Shown: piece by piece, positions 29,613 to 32,000 of the stretch
Layout: every line of letters starts with the position of its first letter
How positions within the stretch are numbered: the stretch's first letter is position 1
Source of the DNA: Nitrosospira multiformis ATCC 25196
Lineage (GTDB): Bacteria; Pseudomonadota; Gammaproteobacteria; Burkholderiales; Nitrosomonadaceae
Reading direction: 5' to 3'
DNA: 32,000 bases
NCBI RefSeq assembly: GCF_000196355.1
Contig: NC_007614.1
Coordinates: 210,001-242,000 of the forward strand
Translations under genes and position numbers: made by a program
The notes under the pieces: model-generated
The model's database searches: none
Seen by the model: only the letters and a program-made list of their open reading frames with translations
Told to the model about the DNA's origin: nothing

Positions 29613-29635
29613 GTCGATTTCCCGAAGCCATTATC

Positions 29636-30322
29636 ATGTCCGATTTTCGAAAGGAGTTCATCGAGTTCGCCATCGGCCGGAATGTTCTGTGCTTTGGCGA
29701 ATTCCAAACCAAAGCAGGACGTATTTCGCCGTATTTTTTTAATGCGGGACTGTTCAACGATGGGGAATCTCTCGGAAAGCTGGGGCAATTTTACGCCAAA
29801 GCCATCCTTGCTGCCCAGCTTCCGTTTGACATGCTTTTCGGTCCCGCCTATAAGGGCATTCCACTCGTAAGTTCCATTGCCATCGCCCTGGCCGACGGGG
29901 GCAACAACTACCCCTTCTGTTTCAACCGCAAAGAGGCGAAAGACCACGGAGAAGGAGGAAATCTCGTGGGCGCTCCTCTCGCCGGGCGGGTGCTGATCGT
30001 GGATGATGTGATTTCCGCCGGCACATCGGTGCGGGAATCGGTCGAGTATATTCATGCCGCAGGTGCCACCCCCGCAGGGGTGGCCATCGCCCTGGACCGC
30101 ATGGAGCGGGGCAAAGGCGAGCTTTCCGCCGTGCAGGAAGTGCGCTGCATGTATGGAATTCCCGTCACGAGCATCGTCAATCTGGAAAACATTGTCGATT
30201 ACCTGCGTGAGCAGGGGAATCTGGCGCATCACCTGCCGGCTGTGGAGGAATATCGCGCCCGGTATTCCTCCAGAATGGTAGAACCGATTGAATGCGGAGG
30301 CGGCACTCCACGCGCGGGCTGA
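29636..30322 (+). CDS. pyrE: Orotate phosphoribosyltransferase
   Basis: [14 protein letters not shown]-like [18 protein letters not shown], and PRPP-binding motif [17 protein letters not shown]. Confidence 0.95.
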   Translation: MSDFRKEFIEFAIGRNVLCFGEFQTKAGRISPYFFNAGLFNDGESLGKLGQFYAKAILAAQLPFDMLFGPAYKGIPLVSSIAIALADGGNNYPFCFNRKEAKDHGEGGNLVGAPLAGRVLIVDDVISAGTSVRESVEYIHAAGATPAGVAIALDRMERGKGELSAVQEVRCMYGIPVTSIVNLENIVDYLREQGNLAHHLPAVEEYRARYSSRMVEPIECGGGTPRAG

Positions 30323-30329
30323 GGGTTTT

Positions 30330-30803
30330 TTACCGGGCCCCCTCCGCCGGCAGGGCGGGGAGTGTGATTTCACCCTTTACATCAAAATGGCGGCCGATGG
30401 CAAAGCCCGGCGCACCCAGCTGGCCCCGCAATTCGTAATCGGTCTTTCGGTGATCCCCCGCAGTCAGACGGAATGCATGACGAATGATAGCGGTGGCAGG
30501 AACCGTTACCGGAACAATGATGACCGTTTCGCCAAAGCGGGGAATCGTGCCCTGCTGATCGCTTACTCCGCTGGCAAACCTCATTCCACGCACATCCAGG
30601 TCGAGCGCAACGCCATCATAGTCCAGCGGAACCGCGCCATGGTTCTGGATTCTCAGGCTGACTGCAAAGCGCGCTTCCATGCCTTTTCCTTCAAGAGGCT
30701 CAAGCCCGGCCACGGAGATTCGCAACGGCTCCTGCGGCCTGAGACCCGCACACGCGGAAAGGCAAAAAATCAGGGCTGATATGACCAGTACGCTTCGTCT
30801 CAT
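30330..30803 (-). CDS. LEA type 2 (WHy-like) lipoprotein
   Basis: Lipobox CLSAC; VSLRIQNHGAVPLDYDGVALDLDVRGMRFASGVS resembles LEA-2/WHy beta-sandwich sequences. Confidence 0.72.
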   Translation of the reverse strand: MRRSVLVISALIFCLSACAGLRPQEPLRISVAGLEPLEGKGMEARFAVSLRIQNHGAVPLDYDGVALDLDVRGMRFASGVSDQQGTIPRFGETVIIVPVTVPATAIIRHAFRLTAGDHRKTDYELRGQLGAPGFAIGRHFDVKGEITLPALPAEGAR

Positions 30804-30928
30804 GGTTCCACCCGTTTGGCAACGGGAAGATCATACCGAATATTTCATTTTGCGAGTTCACTGCCTGCACGCATTTTTATTCTGTTGAGCGTGCTCATCG
30901 GAGATTGGAGACAGGGGAAGGGGGAGGT

Positions 30929-30958
30929 TTGCGGTGCATACGGGCTTTAGGCTATCAT
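30929..30958 (+). promoter_or_regulatory. Putative sigma70-type promoter of rnpB
   Basis: TTGCGG - 18 bp - TATCAT. The expected start 7 nt downstream (about 30965) coincides with the 5' end of the P1 helix. Confidence 0.5.
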
Positions 30959-30964
30959 TGCACC

Positions 30965-31261
30965 GAAGCTGGCCAGACAGTCGCTGCCTGTCCTCGGTGA
31001 CGAGTGCAGGGAGAGGAAAGTCCGGGCTCCGCAGAGCAGGATGCCGGTTAACGGCCGGCCGCCGTAAGGTGAGGAACAGGGCCACAGAGACGAGCGTATT
31101 AAGTTACGGTGAAACGCGGTAACCTCCATCCGGAGCAAGACCAAATAGGCAGGCGATGATGCTGCTCGCTGAGCCTGCGGGTAGGTTGCTTGAGCGTGCG
31201 GGTGACTGCACGCCTAGAGGAATGACTGTCCTTGACAGAACCCGGCTTATCGGCCAGCTTC
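30965..31261 (+). ncRNA. rnpB: RNase P RNA, bacterial class A
   Basis: Conserved GAGGAAAGTCCGGGCTCC, ACAGAGACGAGCG and GGGTAGGTTGC-type elements are present. Terminal P1 pairing is GAAGCTGGCC (30965-30974) with GGCCAGCTTC (31252-31261). Confidence 0.95.
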
Positions 31262-31502
31262 TTTCCTCAATTTCTGATAGTTCTCACTCCATGAAGGCGA
31301 AAGCGACGACCCGCCGATTGGAGGTTCCCTGCATGTTCCAGGTAGCAGAAAACAGCAAAAATATCTCCCTCGCCATCCTTCCGCAGCTTGTTATGTGAAC
31401 ATTCTCTGTTTCCTTTTCCGGACAGGTTTGTTATACAATCGGCGATTGCTCCCGCTTGCGCGGGGCGTCAGATTAAATTGCGGACACAAAACCGGAGATA
31501 TT

Positions 31503-32000
31503 ATGAAGAAAATTTTTGAGTGGGCTGCCGGGCTGGCAGGGGCTATGATGATAGCTCTCGTCGTTGTTCCCGCCCATGCACAACTCATGCTTGCGCATGA
31601 AGGCCACCATTCAGGCGATTGTGCCATCAAATCGGGCGCCTTTCCTGTATCCTTCAGCGCCTATGAGAAGCCCAAGGGCGAGCTTCCGCCCACTCATGCC
31701 TATTGCGACCATGTTCCCGAAACCGGGGAGTTGTATTTCACCGTGGACCTGACCGATCCCGAATCCCGCGAAATTCCCATCGCGATGCGCCTGGTAATGG
31801 AAGGGCATGGAGAGGGGGGGCATGAAATCATGTCGATACCTGCCAAACCCTACCCTTCCGGAAGCATTACGTTTACCGTAAACCTGGAAGAACTGGGGCA
31901 GTACGCGTTGCTGCTGGAAACCGAGAAGGACGGTAAGATGACTCCCGCGGTACGCATTCCCGTACATGTAGGGGGAGGTGGCGGCCATGATGGACACGGC
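31503..32000 (+). CDS. Exported His-rich protein of unknown function (3' end outside window)
   Basis: No stop from ATG 31503 to the window end: MKKIFEWAAGLAGAMMIALVVVPAHAQLMLAHEGHHSGDC...THAYCDHV...MEGHGEGGHE...GGGGGHDGHG. A signal peptide is evident. The full ORF is absent from the track because it has no stop in the window. Confidence 0.75.
   Translation, partial: MKKIFEWAAGLAGAMMIALVVVPAHAQLMLAHEGHHSGDCAIKSGAFPVSFSAYEKPKGELPPTHAYCDHVPETGELYFTVDLTDPESREIPIAMRLVMEGHGEGGHEIMSIPAKPYPSGSITFTVNLEELGQYALLLETEKDGKMTPAVRIPVHVGGGGGHDGHG

Noticed and set aside
28875-29870. 331-codon plus-strand ORF
   Set aside because: Antisense to the exonuclease III gene and overlapping pyrE out of frame; no motifs.
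29600-30373. 257-codon minus-strand ORF
   Set aside because: Fully antisense to pyrE; composition-driven.

Overview
The window looks like a chromosomal housekeeping region from a betaproteobacterium. Gene content and order suggest an ammonia oxidiser of the Nitrosospira/Nitrosomonas type; this is inference, not a database result. It holds a 3' fragment of a kup-like K+ transporter, a CHASE-PAS-GGDEF-EAL sensor, sbcD-sbcC, tRNA-Arg(CCG), a c5-type cytochrome c, and apaH. On the minus strand are plsC-like, glycine-zipper lipoprotein and PfkB kinase genes, then a glycine-cleavage cluster (gcvT-gcvH-gcvPA-[tpx]-gcvPB) led by a tandem glycine riboswitch and intrinsic terminator. Downstream are an ExeA-like ATPase, gshA-gshB, a reduced PTS cluster (EIIA-HPr-EI), metX-metW, ampG-like, xth, pyrE, a LEA-type lipoprotein, RNase P RNA (rnpB), and the start of a His-rich exported protein running off the window end. 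I found no CRISPR array, transposase, prophage or defence island. The most useful leads are local: the riboswitch/terminator/GTG-start arrangement, tpx inside the split-gcvP cluster, an 11-codon minicistron before sbcD, a perfect 3x14 bp repeat before the ExeA-like gene, a 23 bp divergent xth/pyrE gap, and the His-rich exported protein. I do not see a convincing new multi-gene system.
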